A program made the translations under genes and the position numbers. A stretch of DNA of 64,000 bases from Octopus sinensis (taxonomy: Eukaryota), in NCBI RefSeq assembly GCF_006345805.1, contig NC_042999.1:150226001-150290000 (forward strand), written 5' to 3'. Position 1 is the stretch's first letter. Every line of letters begins with the position of its first letter. A model generated the notes under the pieces. The model was not told where the DNA came from and made no database searches. It was given only the letters and a program-made list of their open reading frames with translations. Shown here in pieces: positions 37,450 through 50,250 of the stretch.

Positions 37450-39260
37450 CCATTACTTGTATCATAGTGATGCTTGCATTTTGATTATTTCCATTTCAAG
37501 ATGTTTATTCTTTGACAGCTTTCCGATTTTTTACAGTTTAGTTTTGGCTGGACGGGATCAATAAGTCAAACCAAACAGCACAAATTTTCATTTCTGTCTC
37601 TGATTATATTATCTGGGTTATTTGCTTTGACTTCTTGGTCTCTAAGTATTGTAGTCTTGTCATTAACAAAGCACTGCATTTAGGCATACTTATTCCATTT
37701 ATCCAATTTTCATGTGGGGGCATCAACATATGACCCAACAAATATAATGTCTGTGCAATCATATTTGTGAATATATCCTGTATTTCAAGAACTGAGCAAC
37801 TGGAAATGAGGTGGTTGATTCTTTTGATTATGTAGCCCATGGCTAGAATATTCAACTTACGATCATGTGATCATGGATTCAATTCCTAGATTTGGTGATG
37901 TGTTGTATTCTTCAGCATAGCATTTCATTTTATTTTGCTGAAGTTTACCCAGGTGAACATGAGTACCAGCTATGTTCTTGTGCTCCCCTCTCTCTCCACC
38001 AGCTGGCACATCCTTAATGTTCTGCTGAGCCAAAAGTTGGTGAAACTGAGAGGGCATCCATGTGTGCTCGTGACTAGATAGGCTCCCCGAAAGCAATAAA
38101 CTGAATCACAATACATGTAACCAAGCTATACTCACTTGTTAGTGATGACCTTAATTTCTTTATTGTTTTTTTTTTCATTTGATACTTGTTAGTTTTTTTG
38201 TCTTGTTTTTGTTTGGCCAGACATTGATATTGTGCAGCTATAGCCTAAACTTTTATTTACTAAAGATTACCATAGTGATCATATCTGTAATCTAACCCTT
38301 TAGCATTCAGATTATTCTCTCAAATGTAACACTTATTGCTTCATATTGTTTTGAATTGATCAAGCATTATCTTGTTACATTGAGATTTTGAAAATGTGAC
38401 AGTTTATTGTTAAAATGACATTATAGGGTAGGCTGGGAGAGGCCAGATCTGGCCAGTCTGAATGTAAAACTTGTAGAATCATTTGGCTGGATATGGCCGG
38501 TTCAAATGTTAAAGGATCTAAGCCTTTTGAACTATTGTTAACTTTTGGTTAGGCTCACTCCCTTTCTGCCCAGATACTGGTCACAAAGAGGGTTTTTCTC
38601 TCTATTTTCTATTTCATAATTTTGTGTTTTACTTTCACTTTTTCTTGTGTTCTTCACTTTACTATTATCGTTCCCTTATCTTAACCTCTTCCTTCAATCT
38701 AATTAAATTCCATTTTATACTTTATTTCTTACTTTTTTTTCATGTTGTCTTATATTATAATCAGTTTAGTGTTACTTAGTTCTGAGTATTTATTACTACT
38801 CAACCTGGATACTTTACATCATAGTCTTCCTTCTGTGTACACATGATAGTATATCCTATCTGTATTAGATTTAGTTTAATGGGTTCAGAATGTTGCAAGT
38901 AGTATTCTAGTTTTCCTATCTAATCTCCTAAGTTCATTTAACTTCCAGTTATATTCAAGTTGTAGTTTATGACTGGGATGGTTAAGCATTTATACCTGTA
39001 ATCTTGTATCTTGTTCTGTTCTTAATACTAGTCTGACACTTCTGCTATACATTTTTCTGTTGTTTTTTTTTGTTCATTTTTTATTATTTTTTTCTCTGTA
39101 TGTTGTATCTGTTTCAGTTTCATCTACTCTTGAGTACTTGTATGGGTAGTTCTGTTCTAATTCTTTGATTTCAGTATCTAAATTTAACTCGATGTTTTAG
39201 ATGTTTTTTTTTGTTTTTGTTTTTGTCTTTTTCACTGTATTTGCTCTGGCACATTTAACT
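37450..39260 (-). mobile_element. Second, heavily decayed R4/Dong LINE split by a SINE and a piggyBac MITE
   Basis: KELEQNYPYKY, NWKLNELRRLDRKTRILL..KSNTDRIY (38750-39240); INHLISSCSVL, NDKTTIL..VKANNPD, KLSKNKHLEMEI (37470-37850). Confidence 0.7.
38292..38520 (+). mobile_element. piggyBac-type MITE family 2
   Basis: (c)taa-ccctttagcatt ... aatgttaaagga-tctaa degenerate TIRs and TTAA-like flanks. Confidence 0.6.
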
Positions 39261-39270
39261 AGTCTTGTAG

Positions 39271-39321
<51 letters not shown>

Positions 39322-39574
39322 TAGGTATGGTTATAAGTTTACATGTTGGATTCTGATGCCTGTTTGTGGTGTTTATCTGTAGATTTAAACTAGTATTTTT
39401 TACAGGTTCTTAAGTTAAACATTTGATTCTGGAATTGTTAGGGGTTTCCACTCAGTTTATCTCATACCACTTTGGATTGTACTGATTTAGGGTTATTTAT
39501 TTGATGGAGGTAGTTTTTTCAGTGAGAGGTATGATGACTTACCTTGTTAATTTAATAATATAGGGTCAATGGTA

Positions 39575-40310
39575 CAAGTGTGGCTGTGTGATAAGAAGTT
39601 TGGTTCCGGGTTCAGTCCCTCTGCATCACTCCTTGGGCAAGTGTCTTCTCCTATAGCCTCAGGCCAACCAAAGCTTTGTAAGTGGATTTGGTAGATGAAA
39701 ATTGAAAGAAGCCCATTAAGTATATATGCCAGTGTTGCATGTCTGGTCCATTTAAAAGTATCCTTGATGTGTCGGGCAATATGATATGCTTGGAAAGACC
39801 TGTTGAGTCAAGTAAAACCAAAATTGTAGCTGTGGCCAGTGGCCCCTGGCTCTCTCCCATTCTGTTGGCACGTAAAATGCATCATCGGAACGTGGTCAAT
39901 GACAGGCCCACCTGACTGGCTCCTGTGCTGGTGGCACGTAAAATGCACCCACTACACTCTCGGAGTGGTTGGCGTTAGGAAGGGCATCCAACTGTAGAAA
40001 CATTACCAGATCAGATTGGAGCCTGGTGCAGCTGCTGGTTTTCCAGACCTCAGTCAAACCATCCAAACCATGCCAACATGGAAAACGGACGTTAAACGAT
40101 GATGATGATAATGATTGTGTGTGTCATTAAGTCTATGTTTGTCCCCCACCACTGCTTGATGACCAGTGTTAGTGTGTTTAGCAGTTCAGCTAAAAAGACT
40201 GATAAAATAAGTACCAGGCTTATACAAAAAAAGTCCTGGGGTCAATTCATTCAACTGAAAATTTTTCAAGGCCCCAGCAAGGCCACAGTCTAATGGCTGA
40301 GACAGCTAGA
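39575..40310 (+). mobile_element. OR-like SINE with an RTE ORF end plus 3' UTR (about 39770-40110) inserted in its middle
   Basis: SINE head to gaaagaagccc; RTE ORF end ggcaatatgatatgcttggaaagacctg; cassette at 39925-39949; (GAT)n tail; SINE resumes near 40115. Confidence 0.8.
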
Positions 40311-40544
40311 ATATAAAAATGTCATTGTTGAATTCAAGTATAGTCTCTAGTAACTTTCCCAGTTGGTGTTGCCTCTAGTCTATCATTTTATATCAGCATA
40401 TAAAGGATATAGTTTATAGTTTGTTCACAGCATTTGTATATGTGGCTGGTTTGTTTCTATAAATTTGCAACATGTCTCTGTAATATATCTTCATCTGCTG
40501 TTCTTGTGACCATAAGAAAACAATTCCTCTTATTATTAGTTAGA

Positions 40545-40990
40545 GTGATAAGGCAATGAGCTGGCAGAATCGTTAGCACACTGAACAAAATTCTATGTTC
40601 AAATCCCACCAATGTTGACTTTGCCGTCATCCTTTCGGGGGTCAATGAAATAAGTACCAGTTATGCACTGGGGTTGATGTAATTGACTGGCACCCTGCTC
40701 TCCACCACCCCTTTCCACCCCCAACTACATTTCAGGCCTTGTGCCTATTGTAGAAAGAATTGTTATTTAGGGTGATGAAGGCAACAAGTTGGCATAATTG
40801 TTAGTATATCCTACAAAGTGCTTAACAACATTCCTTTGTCCTCTTAATGTGCTGAGCTCAAATCCTGCCAAGGTCTACTTTTCCTTTCATCCCTCCAGTG
40901 TCAATAACAAAGTTCCAGTCAAGTACTTGGTTCAATGTAATCGACTTACTCCTCCCCTTAAAATTGCCAACATTTGAAACCATTATTTAG
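40545..40990 (+). mobile_element. Two tandem OK-like SINEs
   Basis: gagctggcagaatcgttagc...catcctttcgggggtcaatgaaataagtaccag; second copy from about 40775. Confidence 0.7.
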
Positions 40991-42699
40991 GGTGATCTTG
41001 GTTTGTGGGATTCCCTGATTGGCCCTAGATAGGGTCAATCCCGGAGGATTGCATCATTCATGTTTTCATGTAGTTTGTAAACTAAACCATTTTCTGATTC
41101 ATTATTTCCTTTCTCCTCATCCCATTTTATATAACCCACCTACAACACACACACACTCCATGTGTAACGTGTCTTTGCATGTCTCTCTTCTAGTACTTCC
41201 GTTGTTGTTTTTGTAGATTGAAGCAAATGGATATCTAAGTCAGGAGCTCCCTATAAAAAAAAAACGTAATTTCTAACCTGGTTAACTTATGACTAACAAA
41301 AGATTCTGTACTGTTTGAGAGTCTACCCTTTAAAACCTGCAGTGTAAAGAAATGTTTGTCTTCAGACATTTTAAACTGTTTATATATTGTTTATTTTTAA
41401 TGAAATAGTCATTTGTATTGTTGTGATTCAAAATGGCTTCAGGAACAGTAAGGAAGAGATGCTCACCATTGTGATAGCGACTGTAACCTCAATCATGTAA
41501 ACAAACATGCTTCTAAATTATTTTCAAGCAAAACAGTAAAACAATAAAAAGTGACAAATCAAACAGAGCTTCGAGTTTAAACAAAGGAATTATTTAAGCT
41601 TAAAGATACAAAAAAGATTTAGTGTTGAAAACATTAATTCGAATGGGGAAAACAATAGAAACAGCAGCAGCAGCAGCAACAACATTAGTTTTGTAAACAT
41701 CATTGGACCAATGGAGTGGCTCAACTTGAGCTGGGTCAAGGTAAAAGAGAAGGAATGGACAAGGAATGTACAGAAAGACCAAGTCTTTCCTTGTCTAAAG
41801 AATTTACTCAACAAAGAGTGAAGAGTAAGGTGACATGCTTCTGTTTTTCAAATAACAAGCAGACATTCTATATGCCCTCAAAAGAAGAGCTGGGGCGAAA
41901 CCTTGTTCAATGTGTGACAGGATGTGCGTGATGTTGGCCATAGTAGAACATATGGAAGTTTTTGTGTCTGGTCTTGAGTGAGAATCAAGTGAGGAGACAA
42001 GTAGAGCTAATATGTCAAACACTTATGGCTAATACTGAAATGTATAGCTTTCTGGAATATGAAGATTACAATTAGGATATTGGCACAGATGTTGGATTTT
42101 GTGTTCTACAATATTACAATTATGTGTGGGAGACTCTTGCAACTACACTTGTACATGTGTGGTGTGTATTGACCTCCACAGGGTTATCACAAAAATTGTA
42201 CCCTATTAAGGATCAGAAAAATGGTCAGTTCAACTAGTGGTGTCAGGGAAGAATGCTCAGTTGCTAAATGTATGATGACGATGATGTATGGTAAAGACTA
42301 CGTGAAAATCTTCTGCTTAGAAATAAAAAGAAATAGGAAAGAGAAAAAACAGAGGAGCAGATAGTAACAGTGATAGAAATAACAACAGAGTTCTGGGACC
42401 ATGGCTGAAGCTATTAGTGGTTCCAGAGTATCACTGTTTGTAGCTCTGAGAATGTCCAAAGAGAAAGCAAATGAAATTTCATGTTCAAAGTCACCAGGTC
42501 CAGAGGCTGATGAGAAGGCAAAGTACTAAGAAGCTGATTGGTTAAATCCTCCATCATAGGACAGGTTAAAGGTTTAGGGCAGTTGTAGTTTGTCCCCAAT
42601 GTTTAGTGGTATGGTGGGGAAGGAGATAGAGCCAGGGGAAGGGTGTGAAACTGTCAGTCATGGATAGTAAAACAAAACAGAAAAAAATAAGATACAAGA

Positions 42700-43110
42700 A
42701 ATGCAAAATGAGTCCAGATAAAAGGTATGTAGGAGACTGACAGCCTCTTATAAAGAAGTTCCCATCTTAGTGGAGCGCTTTGGTTTCACAGTTTACTAAA
42801 TTGTGAAGATTTGATGTAATTGCTGAACGAGCGGAACGAGAATGCGGGAGGATTATATCAAAGAGAAGGGGGAAGATTACATTAAAAATAAATGTAAAAA
42901 AAAGGGAGATAATGACAGACCAGGGAAGTAGTTTGTAAAAAAATTCCACTTCCCTCATTATGTAAGAGACTTTGTAGTTTGTCCAAACTTGAAGAAAATT
43001 TAGAAGACTCAGTTTGCTGATGGTGATCAGAGTAGAATGTGGTCTTAGCTGTAGGGTGGTCTGATCGTATCAAGGTGGTAGTTTCTTGTTCTTTGTGGGT
43101 AGGTTTCCTT
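42700..43110 (-). mobile_element. CR1/L2-like ORF2 C-terminal relic
   Basis: SSLDKLQSLLH, FFYKLL...HSRSARSAITSN...TKALH resemble CR1-group termini. Confidence 0.5.
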
Positions 43111-43399
43111 TATTTGTTTATATGACTAAATTTTGGACTTATTTTAAAATACTGGATTGCATTCTCCTACCCCAGCATGTTTTGTCCAACCTTTGGCAAC
43201 ATGGAATACATTAAACAATGATGATGATACCCACACAAATTGTAAACTGCCTTTATAACATTCCCATTATCTGACCCCTCTGTGGAAAATAAATTGTCAT
43301 CATCGTTATTATGACAGGAAGCTGAAGTACCAGTCAGGCACTGTAATTGATGTAATCAATTATCCCTCTCTAAATTAGGAATTTAGGAAATTAGGAAAT

Positions 43400-43795
43400 T
43401 AAGAATAATTATTATCATTATTATTGTTACTGAGTGAGAGAGCAGCACATGCCATCGAAATGATGCTGTGGTACAAAATATACAAATCTCAAGATACCCA
43501 TCATAACTACCCATCTGATAAGAGTACACCAGGCACATACCTCACAACCAAATGTGTGCGACATGGTGATCTCATATAAATAGTACATGACTTTGCAAAT
43601 GGGGGCCCAGTTAGAATTTTCTTCAGGTCAAGTAACTATCCCATTCAAGAGGTACCTGAATAAGGATGATGTCCAAAACGCCCATGTTTCCAGGGGTGAA
43701 TTATTCAAATCCCAAAGAATTCTTCTCAACACATGACTATGACACTCTTGCTCATGATCATAGATGCACATATTGTCAGCTACTAAGGGACATAC
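43400..43795 (-). mobile_element. Retroposon 3' region with (TAA)n tail
   Basis: Tail attattatcattattattg followed by non-repetitive GC-richer body; family not named. Confidence 0.5.
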
Positions 43796-44868
43796 TTAAC
43801 TGGTTATGGTCATGCAACTGACTTTGTCTTTCATCCTTTCAGGGTTGATAAAATAAGCACCATTTTTGCACTGGAGTCAATTTAATTGATTATCCCCTTC
43901 CCCCAAATTTCAGGCCCTCTGCCTATAGTAGAAAGAATTCAGTTTGTTCACTCAACATATTGTTGCTCCTACAAAATTAGGTATCCTAGCACTGGTTTTT
44001 TATTTTAGTTCTTGCTGTGCAAAACAAGCAAGTTTTCTGTAGAGTCAAGATTATTATCATTGTCATTATTATGTGACTATTTTAGAGATGCTGTAGCTTT
44101 GTTGGGTGACAAAAGGCTGTGTTATGTTAAGTCAGAAAAAATTCAAAGAAGTAATGAGAAGTATTGGGGAGGTTGGATTTCAAGATGTTGAGTCTCACAG
44201 ATGATAGGATACAGGATTGAAAAGATTAGCAGTATGCTATAGTGCAGATTCTTATGACCCAAGCTGGTGTGGAGAAATAGATTCTAAAATGCTGATGATG
44301 ATGATAATGATGATGAGGAGGATGATGATATTCCAATCAGTATGTATTTGAGTGTGTGTATATGTGTGTATATATTTATATACGTGCATGCTTGCACATT
44401 AACTTATAGTAAGACTCCACCCAAATATGTACCTTCAGAAATCAATAAGTATCTTTTACATATATCTTCTCTCTATCTCTTGCTTTTGGATTATCTACGA
44501 GCTTTTCTAATCTTTATCAGATTATTCTCTAAACCAGCAACACTCTACTTTATGTTTTAGTTGTTAATCTGGTTGTATGTATAATAGTGGAAGAGGAGCT
44601 AGATTAGAGTAACGTGATAATCCATTCAGTTTGTCCTTGATGCAGTATAGCTATGTCCAAGGTTGTTTTGTCATTTAAATCTGGTAATCATTAATAATGG
44701 TATGTATTGGGCTGTATTTATTGGTGAATTAGGAATGCCTGGCTATGGGTGTTTGCAAATTGAGACATTGATTGCAAAGAAGAAAAAAATTACTGTTTTC
44801 AGTGAGGAAAATCTCTCTTCTATTTTCTGTTTACCACTCACCTCTTTTCTATTAAATGCTGCTTGGAC

Positions 44869-45055
44869 CAGCAGTTCTTAACCGTAGCTCCCAAGGCTGC
44901 ATGTGTCCCTCAAGCATCCTCCCTTCTCTCTATAAACATAATAATTTTTTTCGTCTATTGACTTGTGTTTTTACTTTTTTTGGTGCTGCTCCCTAAAACA
45001 AAAGAAGTCCAGGTTTTGGATCTGGCCTGGATATTAAAAAGGTTGGGACCCACTG
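44869..45055. mobile_element. hAT-type MITE
   Basis: TIRs cagcagttcttaacc / ggttgggacccactg; 8-bp flanks gcttggac / gttttaac match 5 of 8. Confidence 0.65.
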
Positions 45056-45334
45056 GTTTTAACTGTTTCCTTTATATGAAATTAAGATGGTGAGATTGGT
45101 GTTATTGACATTATACTAATTTTATATTTTTGCATGGCTTAGTTAGAAGAAGGGCATCATGCATGATCTTTGGTGGGGAGAAGTTGAAACTGGTAGGAGT
45201 TAGAGGCCAATATCTTCAGACTGGAGACCTGGCTCAAATGTTTGTAAAAGAGTGGACCCTGGAAAAGATACTCAAAAATCAGGTAGTAATACTGAACCAA
45301 GGGACATATGAAGTCTTCTGCTTTAGTATTAGAC

Positions 45335-45809
45335 TTAATCTTTTCGTTACTGAATTTGTTTTGAGATGCTCTGTGTTTCTTTCTATTAATTTTAAATATA
45401 ATAAAGAATTTAGTAAAAAAACTCAGTTATCATTAAGCTAATGTTAGGAACATAAATTGTGACTCAGGTTCGGTGGAAGATTTTAATTCAAAACTTATGA
45501 AAACAAAACATTTGTACTACAGAGCCAGAAGCGGTTTCAGTCAGGTTGGTATCAAAAGGATTAAGAATTGTTTCTCTATTATATATTTTAACTATTTTGT
45601 TACTGTATTTCTGTTGAGATGCTCTGTGTTTCTTTCAATTACTTTAAATATAACAAAGAATTTAGTAAAATAACTTAGTTATCATTAAGCTAGTGTTGGG
45701 AACATAAATTGTGACTAAGGTTTGGTGGAAGATTTTAATTCAGAACTTATGAAAACAGGACATTTGTACTATAGAGCCAGAGGCGGATTCGGCTGGGTTG
45801 GTGTTTTAA
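45335..45809 (+). mobile_element. Two tandem piggyBac-type MITE family 1 copies (45339-45560, about 45592-45805)
   Basis: TTAA at 45335 and 45561; both bodies align to 59521-59741. Confidence 0.85.
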
Positions 45810-46069
45810 ACTTCAATTTTATTATTATTATTTTTCTAGGGTAGGAAGCCAGCAGAGTCATTACTGCACTGGACAAAATGCTTATAGTGACATTTCTTCT
45901 GACTTTACATTCTAAGTTCAAATGTCACTGAGGTTGATTTTGCGTTTCATCTTTTCGGGGTTGATAAAATAAGTACCAGTTAAGCACTGAGGTCAATGTA
46001 ATCAATTTGTTCCCTTCTCCAAAATTCCAGGCCTTGTGTTTGTAGTAGAAAGGATTATTACTATTTCAT

Positions 46070-46720
46070 TGAGTCTCTTGTTTCCATCTAATATTACCAA
46101 GCCCAAATCATTCTCCTCAGGTTATACGAGGTTGATGTTACTTTTAAGACTGCATCCTCTGTAGTTTGTGCTGTTCCTAAGAAGATTTGCCTTTTTGTTT
46201 TCTTGATTTCTTGAAATGTTTCCTTAGATTTTGTTGGTGAAATTTCCTAGTCCATTTTTGATTAACCCAGGTCCTTTTATCACTACCCATATGGTTTGGG
46301 TGATCATGTCCCACTTTCCAGAGATTGAAATCTCTGGAAAGTTTTTTTTTTGTCTGGATTTAACTGAAGTGTTTTAAACAGCTGGTATTGTCATGTCATA
46401 TAAGGCGGCGAGCTGGCAGAGGCGTTAGCATGTCAGGCCAAATGCGTAGCCGTATTTCGTCTGGCGTTATGTTCTTGAGCTCAAATTCTGCCGAGGTCGA
46501 CTTTGCCTTTCATCCTTTCGGGGTCGATAAATTAAGTACCAGTTACGCACTGGGGTCGATATAATCGGCTTAATCCTTTTGTCTGTCCTTGTTTGTCCTC
46601 TCTGTGTTTAGTCCCTTGTGGGTAGTAAAGAAATTGGTATTGTCATGCCAATCTTTTATCTTTGGAGTTTTAATTATGGTTTTATCTTTGGAATTTTAAT
46701 TATGACGTTTGGCATGTTTG
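46070..46720 (-). mobile_element. Third R4/Dong relic (endonuclease end)
   Basis: IKDWHDNTSC, GLIKNG...QIFLGTAQ; interrupted by the SINE below. Confidence 0.55.
46396..46634 (+). mobile_element. Young full-length OK-like tRNA SINE with 13-bp TSD
   Basis: tggtattgtcatg at 46383-46395 and 46635-46647; CpG-rich head ggcggcgagctggcag. Confidence 0.9.
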
Positions 46721-47738
46721 CTTTCTTTTCCCTATTGTCGTCATCACCATTATCATTACTATTAATACACAAGAGCTAACAAGGGAGTCCAATCTTCAAT
46801 CAGGGCTGACTCAGTGTTCAACAATAACAACACTGGACAGGTGGGAGGAATATGAATAAAATATTTAATAATAATATCAATAAGAGATGTATTCTTAATA
46901 CATTCTGGTAGATTCAAACATAAATATCTTATCACTGTGGCTTTCCATTGATGAAGAACACCTCTTCCCTTTAGATACTATGAGTTCATAAAACACACAA
47001 TTCACTGGTATAAGTCCCCTTATGCCTGGAAATTGCAAGTGTTATTGAACACACTGTCTATAAAGGAAGGAGATATTTTTTCAATGATGAAAAATGACTA
47101 CAATCAAATATTCATATTCAAATCTACCAGAACATTATTAAGAATAAATAGATATATTATTGTTTGGATTCTTACTGTTTTGCATGAAATAATCTTTTCT
47201 ACTTTAGGTACAAGACCTGAAATTTTGGGGAAGGAGCTAGTTGATTACATCGACCCTAGTGCTCAACTGGCACTTACAGTGGCAGACTGGGTCCAAAAAT
47301 ATTGGTTGCCAGGAGACTATTGTGCTATCATTTAATTTTTTTTGTTAAAAGTATTCTTTTCAACTATCTACAAACACAGTCAGGCTGAAATAATTAATGC
47401 ATTCTTCCAGAAGTGAATAAAAAATTCGCTAACTTGAGGGGATGGGCTCCTTAGATACTAACATGGGCCCTCATATATGGATTCTAAAGGCGTCACTTGC
47501 TATCGAGCAAGCTTAGCAGCCTGGCCAATCCACCTCTAGGTACTTATTTTATCAACCCCAAAAAGATGAGAGACAAAGCTGACCTCAGTGAAATTTGATC
47601 CTAGAATGTAGAGAGCTGGAAGAAATGCTACCAAGCATTTTGTCGAGCATGCTAATGAATCTGCCAACTTACCTTCTTACCCCATGGAATAATAACGTCA
47701 TTCTACCTAAACCTTACTTGCAGAAATTGTAACAAAAT

Positions 47739-48471
47739 TTAACCCCTTAGCATTTATGTTACTCTGTATAATGCAATGCTTATTTATTTACCTCGTTTTG
47801 CATTAATCATGCATTATTTTGTAATTTTGAGATTTCGATGAAGAGATTTTGTTGGGTGGGCTAGTTCTGGCTGGTTTGAACATAAAACAGGAAGAATTTA
47901 AAATAACAATAATAATGAAATTATTGTATACAGTGCTCAGGTGCACCACAACTTGTCAAAAGTGCGTATAAAGCATATGCAGTAATGTACAAATGTCTGG
48001 AAAGTGACTGACTGACTGACTTGACAGCATTCACCCAGGGTGGATTGAGCTGGCTTCATTCATCCTCAATGCTGCATCCCTCACAAACGCCGACCAGGCC
48101 TGGCGATTTGAGGCTAACGGCCGCGTGATCTCCAACCACTCCTTATTCCAGCGGCGAACGCCGTAGATATGGGGGCCTAGGTTGGGTTCCAGATCAGACT
48201 TGACTGTCATCAGCCAGGTTTTTTGTTGTCCGTCCTTCAGATATTCTTCATGTATATCTGTCTGGAAAGGGAACTGTGTATGAGTCAGATACATTCTTGT
48301 GTGTGTATGGAGAGGAGAAAATCAGGTGTAGTGTTGACGAATCTCAGGAAGCATAGAAGTTTTGAAGGATGCAGTGCTTGGACAACTAACTGATGCTGGC
48401 AGTTTGTTCCATACTTCAACAACTCTTAGCGTGTGGGCTTGATTCAGCCAGTTTAAATACTAAAGGGTTAA
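47739..48471 (+). mobile_element. piggyBac-type MITE family 2 containing a CR1 3' end that contains an RTE fragment
   Basis: TTAA-ccccttagcatt ... aatactaaaggg-TTAA. Confidence 0.75.
48005..48258 (-). mobile_element. 5'-truncated RTE LINE with (GTCA)n tail and 11-bp TSD
   Basis: GQQKTWLMTVKSDLEP..GP..YGVRRW..WL...ASNRQAWSAFVRD; tgtctggaaag at 47994-48004 and 48259-48269. Confidence 0.88.
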
Positions 48472-48859
48472 AATAAGAGCAAAACTATATTTTCTGTTCT
48501 TGTGTTGTTCTAAATACTATTTTGTTTTTATTTACTTTTATCTTTGTTTCGTTCTTTAATTTAATGTAAACAAAAACAAAAAAAAAACATTCGAAGAAAT
48601 TATATTTTATCCAATATTTTAATTAAAGTGGTAATGAGCATAAAATGTTCACTAAATAAACAAGGAATAATGTTTGGGTAGCTTCCAGGGAGCAACATCA
48701 AGACACCTTTATGGTCCTTGTTTAAACAAACTACTCATAGTATATGCTGATATAGTCTCTTATAACAACTTCCCAACCAGCTGGGAGTCTGATCAGGTAA
48801 TCACCAGGATCACGTTACATATGTCTGGTATAAGTTTCTTTCCTCTTTTATCTTTCATC

Positions 48860-49190
48860 TCTTACATGTTTCATTCATTACACTGTGGCCATGCTGGGGC
48901 ATCACCTTGAAGAATTTTAGTCAGTCGAATCTACCCCAGTATTTATTATTTTTTTTTAAGCCTAGATCTTATTCCATTGGTCTCGTTTGCCCAACAGCTA
49001 AGTTACAGGGACATAAACACACCGAACACTGTTGACAAATGGTTTAGCAAAAGAGAATGATAGAACAAGTACTGAACCCCAAAAAGAAAAACTATGTACT
49101 GGGATCTATTTGACTAAAACCTTTCAGTACGGTGCTCCAGCTTGGCCACAGTCCAGTGACTGAAGCAAATGAAAATAAAAGATTATTTAT
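48860..49190. mobile_element. Inverted pair of OR-like SINE 3' halves
   Basis: Minus copy about 48860-49045, plus copy about 49060-49190. Confidence 0.65.
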
Positions 49191-49230
49191 GCAATGTAAA
49201 AAGAAAGTAGGAAAGAAAGAAAGAACTGAC

Positions 49231-49446
49231 CAATTACTGGATTGTTGAATAATTGGAAATGACTCTGACTGCGTTCCAACCAAATTCCAGCTGGATGTAA
49301 AAGACAGTTCTTTAGCATCCAGAAGGAACAAACATTTGGTTCTAATTAAGATCTTTGCTTTTGCATCCCTAGTTTCAGGAACATCACACTGTTGATGTGT
49401 GGCGGCGGCAGCAGTGGTGGTGGAGATTTTCTGATTCATAGAATTG
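49231..49446 (-). CDS. Candidate 216-nt symmetric (phase 2-2) host exon inside the 199-aa ORF 49092-49691
   Basis: Long pyrimidine tract, ctaag|CAATTC...AATTG|gtcagt; encodes NSMNQKISTTTAAAATHQQCDVPETRDAKAKILIRTKCLFLLDAKELSFTSSWNLVGTQSESFPIIQQSSN; product not recognised. Confidence 0.4.
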
Positions 49447-49989
49447 CTTAGAAAAGGTTTAATGGATTGTAAAGCATGAGGAGGAGAAAGAGGCGGAGGA
49501 GGGGAAAACAAAGGTTTACAGTTAAAATAAAATCCTTGTTGTTGCTGCTGTTGTCTGCTTTCATAACAATCATAGCTTCTACTACCACCACCACTAACAA
49601 CAACGACGTCACTATGTCTCCTAGCACTACCACTACCTTTACATATACTGTCACCATCACTGCTACTGCTACCATCATACATCATGTACAACTACCATTA
49701 TTTTACCAGTCATCTCTACTACTATCACCACCATAACTACCTCTACTATATATATATATATATATACACACTTAATAGCTACCCCTATTACTACTACAAA
49801 CTGGGAGCCTCTACATAGTCACTCAACCTGCTAGAAATAGCAGCTGTTTCCTTCACTCTACATCCTACCACAATGGTTCTCAAGCGGGATCCATATAAGA
49901 TTTTTGGGGGATCCACATAATGAAATAGTAAATTGGGAATTCACAATAGTATTTTAAGGGCTCCTGAAAAATTGTTTTATTTAGGGTGA

Positions 49990-50250
49990 CCCTATCAGTG
50001 CAGGTGCCACTTAAAAGCACCCTCTCCACACTGTAAAGTGGTTGGTGTTTGGCAGGGCATCCAGTTGTAAAAACTTTGCCAAAACTGACCTTGCCTGTGC
50101 TTGTGCCATGTAAAAAGCACTAAGTCCACTCTGCTGAGTGGTTGGTATTAGGAAGGGCATCCAGCTGTAAAAGTCTTGCCAAAACAGTCACAGTAGTCTG
50201 GTGTAGGCTTTTGCCTGGCCAACTCTTGTGAAACTGTCCCACCCATGCTA
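49990..50250 (+). mobile_element. RTE 3' UTR-type repeat
   Basis: gtggttggt(g/a)tt..gaagggcatccag repeated twice; cccatgctag. Confidence 0.65.
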
